A DNA stretch of 52,834 nucleotides, from contig JBDRNT010000148.1 in the NCBI GenBank assembly GCA_043810925.1, forward strand, positions 1-52,834, given 5' to 3'. Source of the DNA: Candidatus Eiseniibacteriota bacterium (GTDB taxonomy: Bacteria > Arandabacterota > Arandabacteria > Arandabacterales > Arandabacteraceae). A program made the translations under genes and the position numbers. Positions within the stretch are counted from its first letter, which is position 1; the number at the start of each line of letters is the position of its first letter. Of this stretch, positions 1 through 11,959 are shown piece by piece. Under the pieces are notes generated by a model that made no database searches, was not told the DNA's origin, and worked only from the letters and a program-made list of their open reading frames with translations.

Positions 1-186
1 GCCACATAGACCAAACAGATCAGAACCCAGGGCAAGAAAACGGCGACCCAAGAACTACCAACTCCTTACTAAACCGCGCAGCGTCTTCAAGGAATGCCCA
101 CACAGAAATTACTATAGAAGGAGATTAAGTTAGTGCCATTCCAGAGTGTCACCGAATTATGCGGCAGGGGATAGGCCAACACGGGC

Positions 187-215
187 TTGACTGGGGGGCG
201 AGGCTGGCATAGGCT
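187..215 (+). promoter_or_regulatory. sigma70-type promoter upstream of polX
   Basis: TTGACT(187-192)-17 bp-TAGGCT(210-215). Confidence 0.55.
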
Positions 216-234
216 TTAGGCGGGGGCGAAACGC

Positions 235-3979
<3,745 letters not shown>

Positions 3980-4969
3980 CTATATATGAATCTCGATCAC
4001 ATCCCCGTCTTCTAGCACGTAGCCCTTCTCAACAGGTTGGCCTTCGAACTTGGTGTGACCCCATACCCTGGCGAACTTAAGATTGTCTCTGAAGTCCTTG
4101 TGAATCTGTGCGGCAAACTCAACAACCGTCGTCCCCACCTTTATGACGTAGGGCTTGGACATATCCGGCTTCTTCCCAACCTTCTTTGTGTAAACGCGTA
4201 CGATGGAAAGCGTCTTGTATATCGTTTCCCTGAGTGGTTCGATCCCCTCTCCCGTCAAACAGGAAATCTCGTAAATGGGAATGTCGCCGATCACCGGCTT
4301 TATCAGTTCCTTGAAGATACCGGCACCCCCAAGATCGGTCTTATTAAGGATCACAAAGGTGTGCTTCATGCTCGTCCTGTAATCGGGTGTACCGACGGAA
4401 CTGACGTCCTCCCCGGTGAACTGGATGCCCGATTCTCCCAGATGATCGATCACGGCCTTGAGTGAGCCATCCGGATCAAGATCATCCAGACCCGCCACCA
4501 GAAACACCAGGTCACCTTCCCTTACGATGTTCGAAAACCAACCCTCATAGTAGCTCTCCGTTATGGGCGGCATATCTACAAGTTGGATCTGTATGTCCTT
4601 ATAAGGCATCATCGCAGGCAACGGCTTCTTTGTAGTGAAGGGATACGGTGCAACCTCGGGCTCAGCGTGGGTAAGCAGATTCACGATACTGCTCTTCCCC
4701 GAGTTGGGCGGCCCGATCAGCACAACCTGTCCGGCCCCCTCCTTCTTGACGAACTCTGAGTACCTGCGCCCTGCCTTGCGAGTCTGCTGCATCTCGTCGG
4801 CGAGTTTGGAGATCCTGCGCTTGACGTCCGCCTGGAGTTTATCCGTGCCCTTGTGCTTGGGCATGACGGAGTACATCTCCTTCAGGGCAAGCAGCTTCTC
4901 CTGTGGATTCGTGGCTTCCTTGTATCGTCTCTCGGCTTCGAGATACTGTGGCGTCAGATTCGCCGGCAT
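3980..4969 (-). CDS. DRG/Obg-family GTPase with TGS domain
   Basis: MPANL start, PKHKGTDKL, GPPNSGKS, YPFTT, NKTD, C-terminal TGS (RVYTK...LEDGDVIEIH). Confidence 0.88.
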   Translation of the reverse strand: MPANLTPQYLEAERRYKEATNPQEKLLALKEMYSVMPKHKGTDKLQADVKRRISKLADEMQQTRKAGRRYSEFVKKEGAGQVVLIGPPNSGKSSIVNLLTHAEPEVAPYPFTTKKPLPAMMPYKDIQIQLVDMPPITESYYEGWFSNIVREGDLVFLVAGLDDLDPDGSLKAVIDHLGESGIQFTGEDVSSVGTPDYRTSMKHTFVILNKTDLGGAGIFKELIKPVIGDIPIYEISCLTGEGIEPLRETIYKTLSIVRVYTKKVGKKPDMSKPYVIKVGTTVVEFAAQIHKDFRDNLKFARVWGHTKFEGQPVEKGYVLEDGDVIEIHI

Positions 4970-5074
4970 ACTTCCCTCCTACCGACTATATTAACCTACG
5001 CGATGGGGATGCTTCAACCCCCCGAAAAGGGGACGGGCGTCTTTTTTCCATGCTGGATGATGTGTTCGGTGGCG

Positions 5075-5100
5075 GTAGCGTCGGGTCTCCGTGCCCGACG
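5075..5100 (+). repeat. GTAG-type REP-like palindrome
   Basis: GTAG-CGTCGGG-tctccgtg-CCCGACG. Confidence 0.85.
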
Positions 5101-5113
5101 TTCTTTCGTGCTG

Positions 5114-5791
5114 CTACCTGAACATCGCTTTGATGCTACCCCAGGTCGAGGCCTCGGTGGCTAGCACCAGAGGGTTCTTTTTCGTCTCAACGATCCGGAG
5201 GATGACCCACTCTCCTTCCGAATTGGGGTCCGGCGTGACCATTATTGCGAGAAGGCTTTCGTGGACCCAGAGGATGCGTTCTTCATACCACGGGTCATCC
5301 ATATGAACCTTGATCTCAGGCTCGAACACCTGGCACATACCCTCAATCGATGTCGTCTCAGGGGGATCCCCCGAGATAAACTCATGCGAGCAGTCCACCC
5401 AGTCGCTCCCGATCCCAAATTCATTGAGATGGAACTCTATATCTTTCACATGGGCGTCCTCAAACATGATCCCGGTAGACGCCACATCCATATCTTTGGC
5501 CCACCACGATCTGTCGGGTGGGAGGCCTAGACTATCCGCAATGTCGTCGGTAAACTCGAATTCGTAATACTCGTGCAGTGCCTCGCTGTATGCGTCTATA
5601 TCCTTCTGCTCATATGCCCAACTGAAAACACGCAGAATGTCGGGAAGCTCACGCCCGGGGCCAGTTTCTTCACACTCGTCACAGATCGTGACGCAGTTAT
5701 TGTCAGCACAAGAAAACACGAGTACTACCATGCCCAGAAGCATGAACATCATGCCACACCGTCTTACGGAAACCGTGTTGCAGCTCTCCAT
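5114..5791 (-). CDS. Lipoprotein paralog 1 (possible NTF2/SnoaL-like fold) with C-terminal STWGSIKAMFR tail
   Basis: ATG 5791 after GAGGTG; hydrophobic stretch plus VFSC lipobox; near-copy of the two neighbours. Confidence 0.8.
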   Translation of the reverse strand: MESCNTVSVRRCGMMFMLLGMVVLVFSCADNNCVTICDECEETGPGRELPDILRVFSWAYEQKDIDAYSEALHEYYEFEFTDDIADSLGLPPDRSWWAKDMDVASTGIMFEDAHVKDIEFHLNEFGIGSDWVDCSHEFISGDPPETTSIEGMCQVFEPEIKVHMDDPWYEERILWVHESLLAIMVTPDPNSEGEWVILRIVETKKNPLVLATEASTWGSIKAMFR

Positions 5792-5810
5792 GTGTATCAC
5801 CTCTGTGTCA

Positions 5811-6491
5811 TTACTTGAACATTCCTTTGATGCCACCCCAGGTCGAAGGCTCGGGGGCAGACACCAGAGGGTTCTTTTTCGTCTCAACGATCCGGAGGAC
5901 AACCCACTCTCCCTCCGAATTGGGATCGGGTGTGACCATTATTGCGAGAAGGCTCCCGTGGACCCAGAGGATGCGTTCTTCCTGCCCTGGTTCCTCTATG
6001 TAGACCTTGATATCGGGTTCGAAAACCTGACAGATTCCCTGGATGAGTGTGGTTTCGGGCGGGTCGCCTGAGATGAACTCATGCGAGCAGTCCTGCCAAT
6101 CCAAACCAACGCCGAACTCGGCGAGATGGAACTCTACATCATTCACGTTGACATGGTCGAACATGTTCCCGGTAGACGCCACATCCATCTCTTTGGCCCA
6201 CCACGATCTCTCTGGCGGGAGGCCCAAGCTATCCGCAATGTCGTCGGTAAACTCGAATTCGTAGTACTCGTGCAGTGCCTCACTGTATGCATCTATGTCC
6301 TTGCCCTCATATGCCTCGGCAAGGAAATTCAGCAGGCTATCGGGAGTCAAACGCAGGGGGCCAGTTTCTTCACACTCATCGCAGACTGTGACACAGTTAT
6401 TGTCCGTGCAGGAAAACATGAGTGCGACTGTGCTGAGAAGAATAAACATCATGCCACACCGACTTGTGGCAAACACCGTGCGGCTCTTCAT
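5811..6491 (-). CDS. Lipoprotein paralog 2 with STWGGIKGMFK tail
   Basis: ATG 6491 after GGAG; MFSC lipobox; shares DIDAYSEALH and DIADSLGLP with neighbours. Confidence 0.8.
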   Translation of the reverse strand: MKSRTVFATSRCGMMFILLSTVALMFSCTDNNCVTVCDECEETGPLRLTPDSLLNFLAEAYEGKDIDAYSEALHEYYEFEFTDDIADSLGLPPERSWWAKEMDVASTGNMFDHVNVNDVEFHLAEFGVGLDWQDCSHEFISGDPPETTLIQGICQVFEPDIKVYIEEPGQEERILWVHGSLLAIMVTPDPNSEGEWVVLRIVETKKNPLVSAPEPSTWGGIKGMFK

Positions 6492-6506
6492 GTTTATCAT
6501 CTCCAT

Positions 6507-6532
6507 CGTCGGGCACGGAGACCCGACGCTAC
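6507..6532 (-). repeat. GTAG-type REP-like palindrome
   Basis: Exact reverse complement of 5075-5100. Confidence 0.85.
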
Positions 6533-6544
6533 GGCAACTGTGGA

Positions 6545-7243
6545 TCACTCCCTGAACATGGCTTTGATGCTACCCCAGGATGATGCCACGGTGGCTTCGC
6601 CCTGAGGATGAATAACCGGGTACTTTCTTGTCTCTTTGATCCGGAGGACAACCCACAGTCCTTCCTCCTCGGGATCGGGGGTGACCATGATATCGAGCAG
6701 GCTCTCGTGGACCCAGAAAATCCAGAGCTCCTCCCCTGGTTCCTGTATATGCACCTTGATGCCGGGTTCGAACACCTGGCAAAGCCCTTGAATCAGTGTG
6801 GTTTCTGGCGGATCGCCCCAAATGAACTGCCGCCAGCAATCCTCCCAGGCTGATCCGGCGCCGAAAGGATCGAGGTGCATTTCTATCCCGATCACGTCGG
6901 GATCATCGAACATGTTCCGGGTCGACTGGATGTCTTCCTCCTTGCCCCACCACGGGCTCTCCCGCGGTAGGCCCAGGCTGTCAGCGATGTCCACGGTAAA
7001 CTCAAACTCGAAGTAAGGATGGAGCGCCTCACTGTATGCATCTATGTCTTCCCTCTCATACGCATCCGCAAGAAACTCCAGGAGATTATCGGGAGTTGTG
7101 CGTGTATAGACCGGACCACCTGGATCCACCTTAAAGATCGGGGAGAAGTTATGATCCGCACACGAAAACACAAGCACACCAAGACTCAGCACCACCAGTA
7201 TTGTGCTAAAACGTCTAACGGTAAACGCGTTGCAGCTCTTCAT
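6545..7243 (-). CDS. Lipoprotein paralog 3 with SSWGSIKAMFRE tail
   Basis: ATG after GGAGGT; VFSC lipobox; same core motifs. Confidence 0.82.
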   Translation of the reverse strand: MKSCNAFTVRRFSTILVVLSLGVLVFSCADHNFSPIFKVDPGGPVYTRTTPDNLLEFLADAYEREDIDAYSEALHPYFEFEFTVDIADSLGLPRESPWWGKEEDIQSTRNMFDDPDVIGIEMHLDPFGAGSAWEDCWRQFIWGDPPETTLIQGLCQVFEPGIKVHIQEPGEELWIFWVHESLLDIMVTPDPEEEGLWVVLRIKETRKYPVIHPQGEATVASSWGSIKAMFRE

Positions 7244-7280
7244 GGATCTTACCTCCGAGATTGGAGATCAACCTGTCTAT

Positions 7281-7309
7281 ATTAAACCACAAAGATGCCG
7301 GACAGTCAA
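7281..7309 (-). promoter_or_regulatory. Putative promoter of the lipoprotein array
   Basis: TTGACT-17 bp-TTTAAT with upstream TG. Confidence 0.4.
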
Positions 7310-7384
7310 CAGGCGCAATACGAGATCGCCACGCTTCGCTCGCGATGACATATTAGGGTAACGCCCGCGAGGAGGCGCGGCCTC

Positions 7385-7464
7385 TTGGGGCGCAAGCGAA
7401 TGCCCTTTCTGAGCAAGGCGGACCAAGAGGCTGCGCCGGCGATAAAACCATCCGAAATGGGCAA
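7385..7464 (+). repeat. ~80-nt conserved intergenic element, copy 1
   Basis: Aligns by eye to 25494-25572 (CGCAAGCGAAT, TTCTGAGCA, GGCGGACC, CCGGCG, CCGAAATGGGCAA). Confidence 0.7.
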
Positions 7465-7503
7465 GCGGACCGAATGGCGAGCCCACGGCACCGGAGAAGA
7501 GAC

Positions 7504-7529
7504 CGTCGGGCACGGAGACCCGACGTTAC
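7504..7529 (-). repeat. GTAG-type REP-like palindrome (GTAA foot)
   Basis: One mismatch to 6507-6532. Confidence 0.82.
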
Positions 7530-7549
7530 AGGGGTCGGTGCCGGAACGC

Positions 7550-7578
7550 TTGATTTGGGTGGTGGTGACCAGTATAAT
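7550..7578 (+). promoter_or_regulatory. sigma70-type promoter of the M16 operon
   Basis: TTGATT-17 bp-TATAAT. Confidence 0.6.
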
Positions 7579-7649
7579 TCTAAAGAAAGATGGATGCGAT
7601 CCTTCTGAGGCTGCCTGGGCCAATCCGTTCTGACTGAAAGGGGTCGGAT

Positions 7650-9362
7650 GTGAGAAACCTGAGATTGATGACGGTGGCGCTCGCTATCTGCGTCCTGCCA
7701 TCGTTGATTGCCGGTCAGACCCTCGAAGACAAGGTTACAGAGTTCACGCTCCGCAACGGTATGAAGTTCATCGTGGTCGAGAGGCACGTTGCCCCCGTGG
7801 TCTTTGGCGCCATCATATTTAAGGTCGGGAGCGTAAACGAATGGGACGGGGTCTCGGGTGTCTCCCACATGCTCGAACACATGATGTTCAAGGGAACCAA
7901 AACCGTCAGCACGGCAAGTTACTCGAAGGAGAGGCACTATATAGAGAAGGAAGACGAGATAGCCGCTTCGATCAGCGAGCTCAGGCACGGAATCGGCACA
8001 TGGCGGCTCGATATCTTCGATGATTTCTCGCGAAACGTGATCTCGATGCTTGATGACGGTAGGAAGCGCGAAATCGGCAGCGACAAGCAGAAGGAGCTGG
8101 CCGCCCTGATATCGATACTCGAAAGCGGCGAGCGCGTACCGTCCGGAACCAGCCAGAGCCCGATGCTGCTTGCAGATAAGGGCGTCGATTACTTCGAGCG
8201 TTATATAAGACTCAAGAGGAAGGAACTCGAGCTCGGCCAGGTGATGGCCGACCACCGGGAGCTCATACTCTCAGAGGAGCTCTGGGATGCATACCTCCAG
8301 AACGGTGGCCGGAGACTTAACGCTTTCACGTCCAACGACCTTACGGCCTACTATGTCTACCTCCCATCCAACCGGCTTGAGCTCTGGATGATGCTCGAAT
8401 CCGACCGCATGAAGGATCCCATTTTCAGAGAGTTCTACTCCGAGCGTGACGTTGTGGCCGAGGAGAAACGGCTGGATCAGAACGATCCTGACGAGATGCT
8501 CTGGGATGCTTTGATGGCGACGGCATTCCAGGCAAGCCCCTACGGGCGGCCGGTCCTGGGGTGGATGAGTGACATTCAGAATATGACCAAGCAGGATCTG
8601 ATTTCGCACTTCGAGCGGTTTTACGCCCCCAATAACGCTATAGCCATGCTCGTGGGCGATGTGGATGTCGCGAGTGCTAGGAGGATGGCCGAACGCTACT
8701 TCGGTAGAATCCCCGCCGGGGAGCCTCCCGATCCGGTTGACACGGTCGAGCCCGAGCAGAACGGTGAGCGGAGGGTCACGATTGAATTCCCTGCCAACTC
8801 CCAGGTCGTGATTGCATATCACGTTCCGGTTGCGCCTCATCCCGACAGTTACCCCATCCAGGCACTCGCATCCATCCTGGGAGAGGGGCGCACTTCAAGA
8901 CTATATAAGAAGATCTATGAAGAGCTCGAGCTGACGTCACGTCCACCATATGTCTCAACCGAGCCGGGGGAAAGGATCGATAACCTTCTGGTTATCCAGG
9001 CTACCCCGAGGCAGCCCCACACGACGGAAGAGGTGGAAGAAGCGATATACAGAGAGATCCAGGAACTGATACTCGCCCCTCCCACGGAGCGGGAAGTTGA
9101 TCGCGTTAAGAACAGGATCGACGCTGCGATGGTGCGTACACTCGGCAGCAATGTGGGGATCGCCTTCAACTTAGGTTTCAGCGCCACCGTAAGGGGGGAC
9201 TGGAGAGCTTACATGGAGGATCGCGAGAGGGTCAAAGACGTTAAGCGACAGGAAGTCTCAGCGGTAGCGAGGAAGTACCTGATTCCACAGAACCGAACGG
9301 TGGCTACGCTTGTTAAACAGGAAGAGGGTGAGATTGATGATGAAGCCGGGACAGGTGAATAG
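7650..9362 (+). CDS. Secreted M16 zinc peptidase, catalytic subunit
   Basis: Signal peptide, LRNGMK, HMLEH (HXXEH), LNAFTS, ERDVVAEE. Confidence 0.9.
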   Translation: MRNLRLMTVALAICVLPSLIAGQTLEDKVTEFTLRNGMKFIVVERHVAPVVFGAIIFKVGSVNEWDGVSGVSHMLEHMMFKGTKTVSTASYSKERHYIEKEDEIAASISELRHGIGTWRLDIFDDFSRNVISMLDDGRKREIGSDKQKELAALISILESGERVPSGTSQSPMLLADKGVDYFERYIRLKRKELELGQVMADHRELILSEELWDAYLQNGGRRLNAFTSNDLTAYYVYLPSNRLELWMMLESDRMKDPIFREFYSERDVVAEEKRLDQNDPDEMLWDALMATAFQASPYGRPVLGWMSDIQNMTKQDLISHFERFYAPNNAIAMLVGDVDVASARRMAERYFGRIPAGEPPDPVDTVEPEQNGERRVTIEFPANSQVVIAYHVPVAPHPDSYPIQALASILGEGRTSRLYKKIYEELELTSRPPYVSTEPGERIDNLLVIQATPRQPHTTEEVEEAIYREIQELILAPPTEREVDRVKNRIDAAMVRTLGSNVGIAFNLGFSATVRGDWRAYMEDRERVKDVKRQEVSAVARKYLIPQNRTVATLVKQEEGEIDDEAGTGE

Positions 9363-10779
9363 CTGCCGACAGCATGTTGCCTGGGTGCTTTTTCTTGGGC
9401 TGATCGTCTTCACCGCTGCCAGCTCGACAGCCGATCTTCCTAAGCAGCTCAAGTTTGACCCCATAGATTTCAGGATTCCGGCAGCTGAAACGCTGGAACT
9501 CCCCATGGGGCTCCATGGTTACCTCATAGAGGACCACGACATACCGGTTATAGACATTGTGATCATGTTCAAAACGGGCTTTCCGCCTGAGAACAGGGTC
9601 GGACTGGCCAGGGTTGCAGGTTGGGCGATGAGAAACGGCGGCGGCAACGAGTACAGCAAGTCGGTCATGGATGACGCGCTTGAATTCGTGGGGGCCTCGC
9701 TCGAGACTCAAGCGGGGTCCTATACCGGACAGATTACCGCCAATTTTCTGACCAAAGACATCGACATGGTGCTCCGGTTCATGGCTGATCTCATCATCGA
9801 TCCTGCTTTCGATCCGGAGATGATAGACCTCAGGAAGAACTCATTGATCGAAGGCATAAGAAGAAAAGCGGATGATGCCGGTGCGCTGGGGAGACGCGAG
9901 TTCGCCAAGCTGGTCTATGCGAATCACCCGGCTGGACGGGAAGCGACGGTCGGTACCATCTCCAGCATCACGAGGGACGATGTAGTAGCGTTTCACAGCA
10001 GATATGTCCGGCCGAACAACGCGGTCATCGGCATCTCCGGTGATATTACCAGGCAAGAGGCGATCGAGAAGATCAGTGAATTCCTTGCGGATTGGGAACC
10101 GGGTGAGGCGGCGCCGGAGTTTCCTGTGATGGGCTACGAGCTCTCCCCGTCGGTCAACTACATATACAAAGATGTGAATCAAGCATATATCTTCGTGGGC
10201 CACATGAGCATGAACAGCGCGAACGATGACAGGCCGCTTACGGCGATAATGAACTACATCCTTGGTGGGGGCAGCTTCACCTCCTGGATAACCCAGAAGA
10301 TCAGGAGTGACGAGGGACTGGCTTACAGCGCAGGATCCTCGTTCCGTGCAAGCCCCTGGGGTTATGGGCTCTTCACCGGGTCGTGTCAGACGAGGGCCGA
10401 TGCAGCGGCGAGAGCACTGAAATTGCTGGTGGAGCAGATAGAGAAGATGGACAGTGAGGGTCCGACGGAGGAGGAGGTGAAAGACGCAAAGGAATCCCTC
10501 ATAAACAGGCAGGTGTTTGACTACGAGTCCGCGGCAAAGATAGTAGACCGGCTGGTATACTATGACATAACCGGGCTCCCGCTCGATACGCTTGAGCGCG
10601 AGTTCCTGGTCTATCAGTCGGCGACTCTCGAAGACGTGGAGCGGGCCGGGGCTGAGTACCTTCATCCCGAGGGCCTTACCATCCTTGTTGTGGGTAATCA
10701 GAATCTATTCGACAGGCCGTTAAGCGATTTCGGCGATGTTAACGTTATTGAAATCGAGGAGGAGGTTGATTTCGAATGA
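9337..10779 (+). CDS. Secreted M16 peptidase, non-catalytic partner subunit
   Basis: Signal peptide, EDHDIP, ILGGGSFTS, IRSDEGLAY; no HXXEH. Confidence 0.85.
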   Translation: MMKPGQVNSCRQHVAWVLFLGLIVFTAASSTADLPKQLKFDPIDFRIPAAETLELPMGLHGYLIEDHDIPVIDIVIMFKTGFPPENRVGLARVAGWAMRNGGGNEYSKSVMDDALEFVGASLETQAGSYTGQITANFLTKDIDMVLRFMADLIIDPAFDPEMIDLRKNSLIEGIRRKADDAGALGRREFAKLVYANHPAGREATVGTISSITRDDVVAFHSRYVRPNNAVIGISGDITRQEAIEKISEFLADWEPGEAAPEFPVMGYELSPSVNYIYKDVNQAYIFVGHMSMNSANDDRPLTAIMNYILGGGSFTSWITQKIRSDEGLAYSAGSSFRASPWGYGLFTGSCQTRADAAARALKLLVEQIEKMDSEGPTEEEVKDAKESLINRQVFDYESAAKIVDRLVYYDITGLPLDTLEREFLVYQSATLEDVERAGAEYLHPEGLTILVVGNQNLFDRPLSDFGDVNVIEIEEEVDFE

Positions 10780-11363
10780 ACCGGCGTAGATTGACGGCAT
10801 TCGTGGTTCTTCTTGCGGTCACAGGACTCTGCACAGGTGTTCTTGCCGATGACGCGGTTTCCGAGAAGGGGAGAACCGTGTACATCAAAAACACGGAACC
10901 CAGGTTGGTCGCCACAATGAAGCATAAGGGACCCTTTGACGACATACCGGGTGTGGTCGCGAAGCTCATGGCGGGAGTCGAGAAGGGTGATCATCTAAAG
11001 GCAGGACCGGTTATGGTCATATATTACAACAGTCCTCAGAATGTGTCCGCATCCGAGCTGCTCTGGGAGGTCGCAATTCCCGTAGCGAGACCGGCAGCCG
11101 TCGGTGGTAGCGAAATGGACAAGATGGGATTCAAGGTGTTCGAGCCGATGTTCGTGGCATACACCTACCACATCGGGCCCTATGAGAAGGTGGGCGATAC
11201 ATTCGACAAGGTCTTCGGGTGGATCGAGGTGAACAAGTACCCGCTGTCGGGTTTCCCTGTGGAGGTTTACTGGTCCGACCCCGAGAATACGCCCGCAGAT
11301 AAGCTGGTAACCGAGGTCTGGCTACCCATCCTGGAGAGAGAAACCCCGGGGATAAAGAGATAG
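10776..11363 (+). CDS. Secreted GyrI-like small-molecule-binding protein
   Basis: Signal peptide; HKGPF, HIGPYEKV, EVYWSDP, TEVWLP. Confidence 0.75.
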   Translation: MNRRRLTAFVVLLAVTGLCTGVLADDAVSEKGRTVYIKNTEPRLVATMKHKGPFDDIPGVVAKLMAGVEKGDHLKAGPVMVIYYNSPQNVSASELLWEVAIPVARPAAVGGSEMDKMGFKVFEPMFVAYTYHIGPYEKVGDTFDKVFGWIEVNKYPLSGFPVEVYWSDPENTPADKLVTEVWLPILERETPGIKR

Positions 11364-11374
11364 GCCGAAGGACC

Positions 11375-11436
11375 GTAGCGTCGGGGCTCCGTGCCCGACG
11401 GACATGATATCGTCGGGGATGGAACCCCGACGCTAC
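11375..11436. repeat. Inverted REP doublet (REPIN/BIME-like) between convergent genes
   Basis: GTAGCGTCGGGGCTCCGTGCCCGACG (11375-11400) and CGTCGGGGATGGAACCCCGACGCTAC (11411-11436). Confidence 0.85.
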
Positions 11437-11451
11437 CGCGTTCAGAGGCAT

Positions 11452-11940
11452 CTATCTATAAAGTATCTGGTCGAGATCTTCCCTGACGGCATCAACGGTC
11501 TTGCCTGTCGCAAGGGCAAGCTCCCTGACAAGCGTCCGCAAGGCCGTATTGGCTATTTCCGCCTCTCTGACATTGAGTGACTTCTTGACGGAAAGCCTCA
11601 CCAGGTCCCGCACGGTCTCGGCAAGGTCTACGGGATCACCGGAGAGCACTTTGTCCTTGTAGAACTGTGCGCGTTCCTTGGCCTTGATCCCGAGCCTGAA
11701 TCGCGCCCGTTTCTTGAGGATGTCGTAGATCTTCTTTGCCATGTACTTGGATACAGGCTTTCTGATCTTGGTGTTCTTGAGACGCTCTTCGGGCACCCAT
11801 ACCGTCATGTGCATTGCCGGGAACCTTATCAGCACTCCCTTGGTGCGCCCCCTCGGCAGCTTTTTATACTTTATCTCGAGAACTTTCCCGAGACCGTACT
11901 TGGGATACACTATATCCTGCCCTACCCTGAATTCCATCAT
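11452..11940 (-). CDS. CarD-family transcription regulator (divergent)
   Basis: FRVGQDIVYP.YGLG, SGDPVDLAETVRDL, LVRELALA. Confidence 0.85.
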   Translation of the reverse strand: MMEFRVGQDIVYPKYGLGKVLEIKYKKLPRGRTKGVLIRFPAMHMTVWVPEERLKNTKIRKPVSKYMAKKIYDILKKRARFRLGIKAKERAQFYKDKVLSGDPVDLAETVRDLVRLSVKKSLNVREAEIANTALRTLVRELALATGKTVDAVREDLDQILYR

Positions 11941-11959
11941 GTAACCTCCTTGGCCACCG

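Noticed and set aside
1-100. Possible minus-strand gene start at the window edge (AAGGAG followed by hydrophobic codons)
   Set aside because: Too short to fix the frame or start codon.
5114-7243. Diversity-generating retroelement template/variable repeats
   Set aside because: No reverse transcriptase; the copies are full genes and the differences are not adenine-specific.
7321-7350. CGAGATCGCCACGCTTCGCTCGCGATGACA resembles the end of a common palindromic intergenic repeat
   Set aside because: Single partial copy in the window; cannot be supported.
7353-8255. Long antisense or alternate-frame ORFs (this one, 9841-10665, 19476-20330, 22216-23109, 24467-25303 and others)
   Set aside because: Shadows of well-supported genes in GC-rich DNA, with no motifs or RBS.
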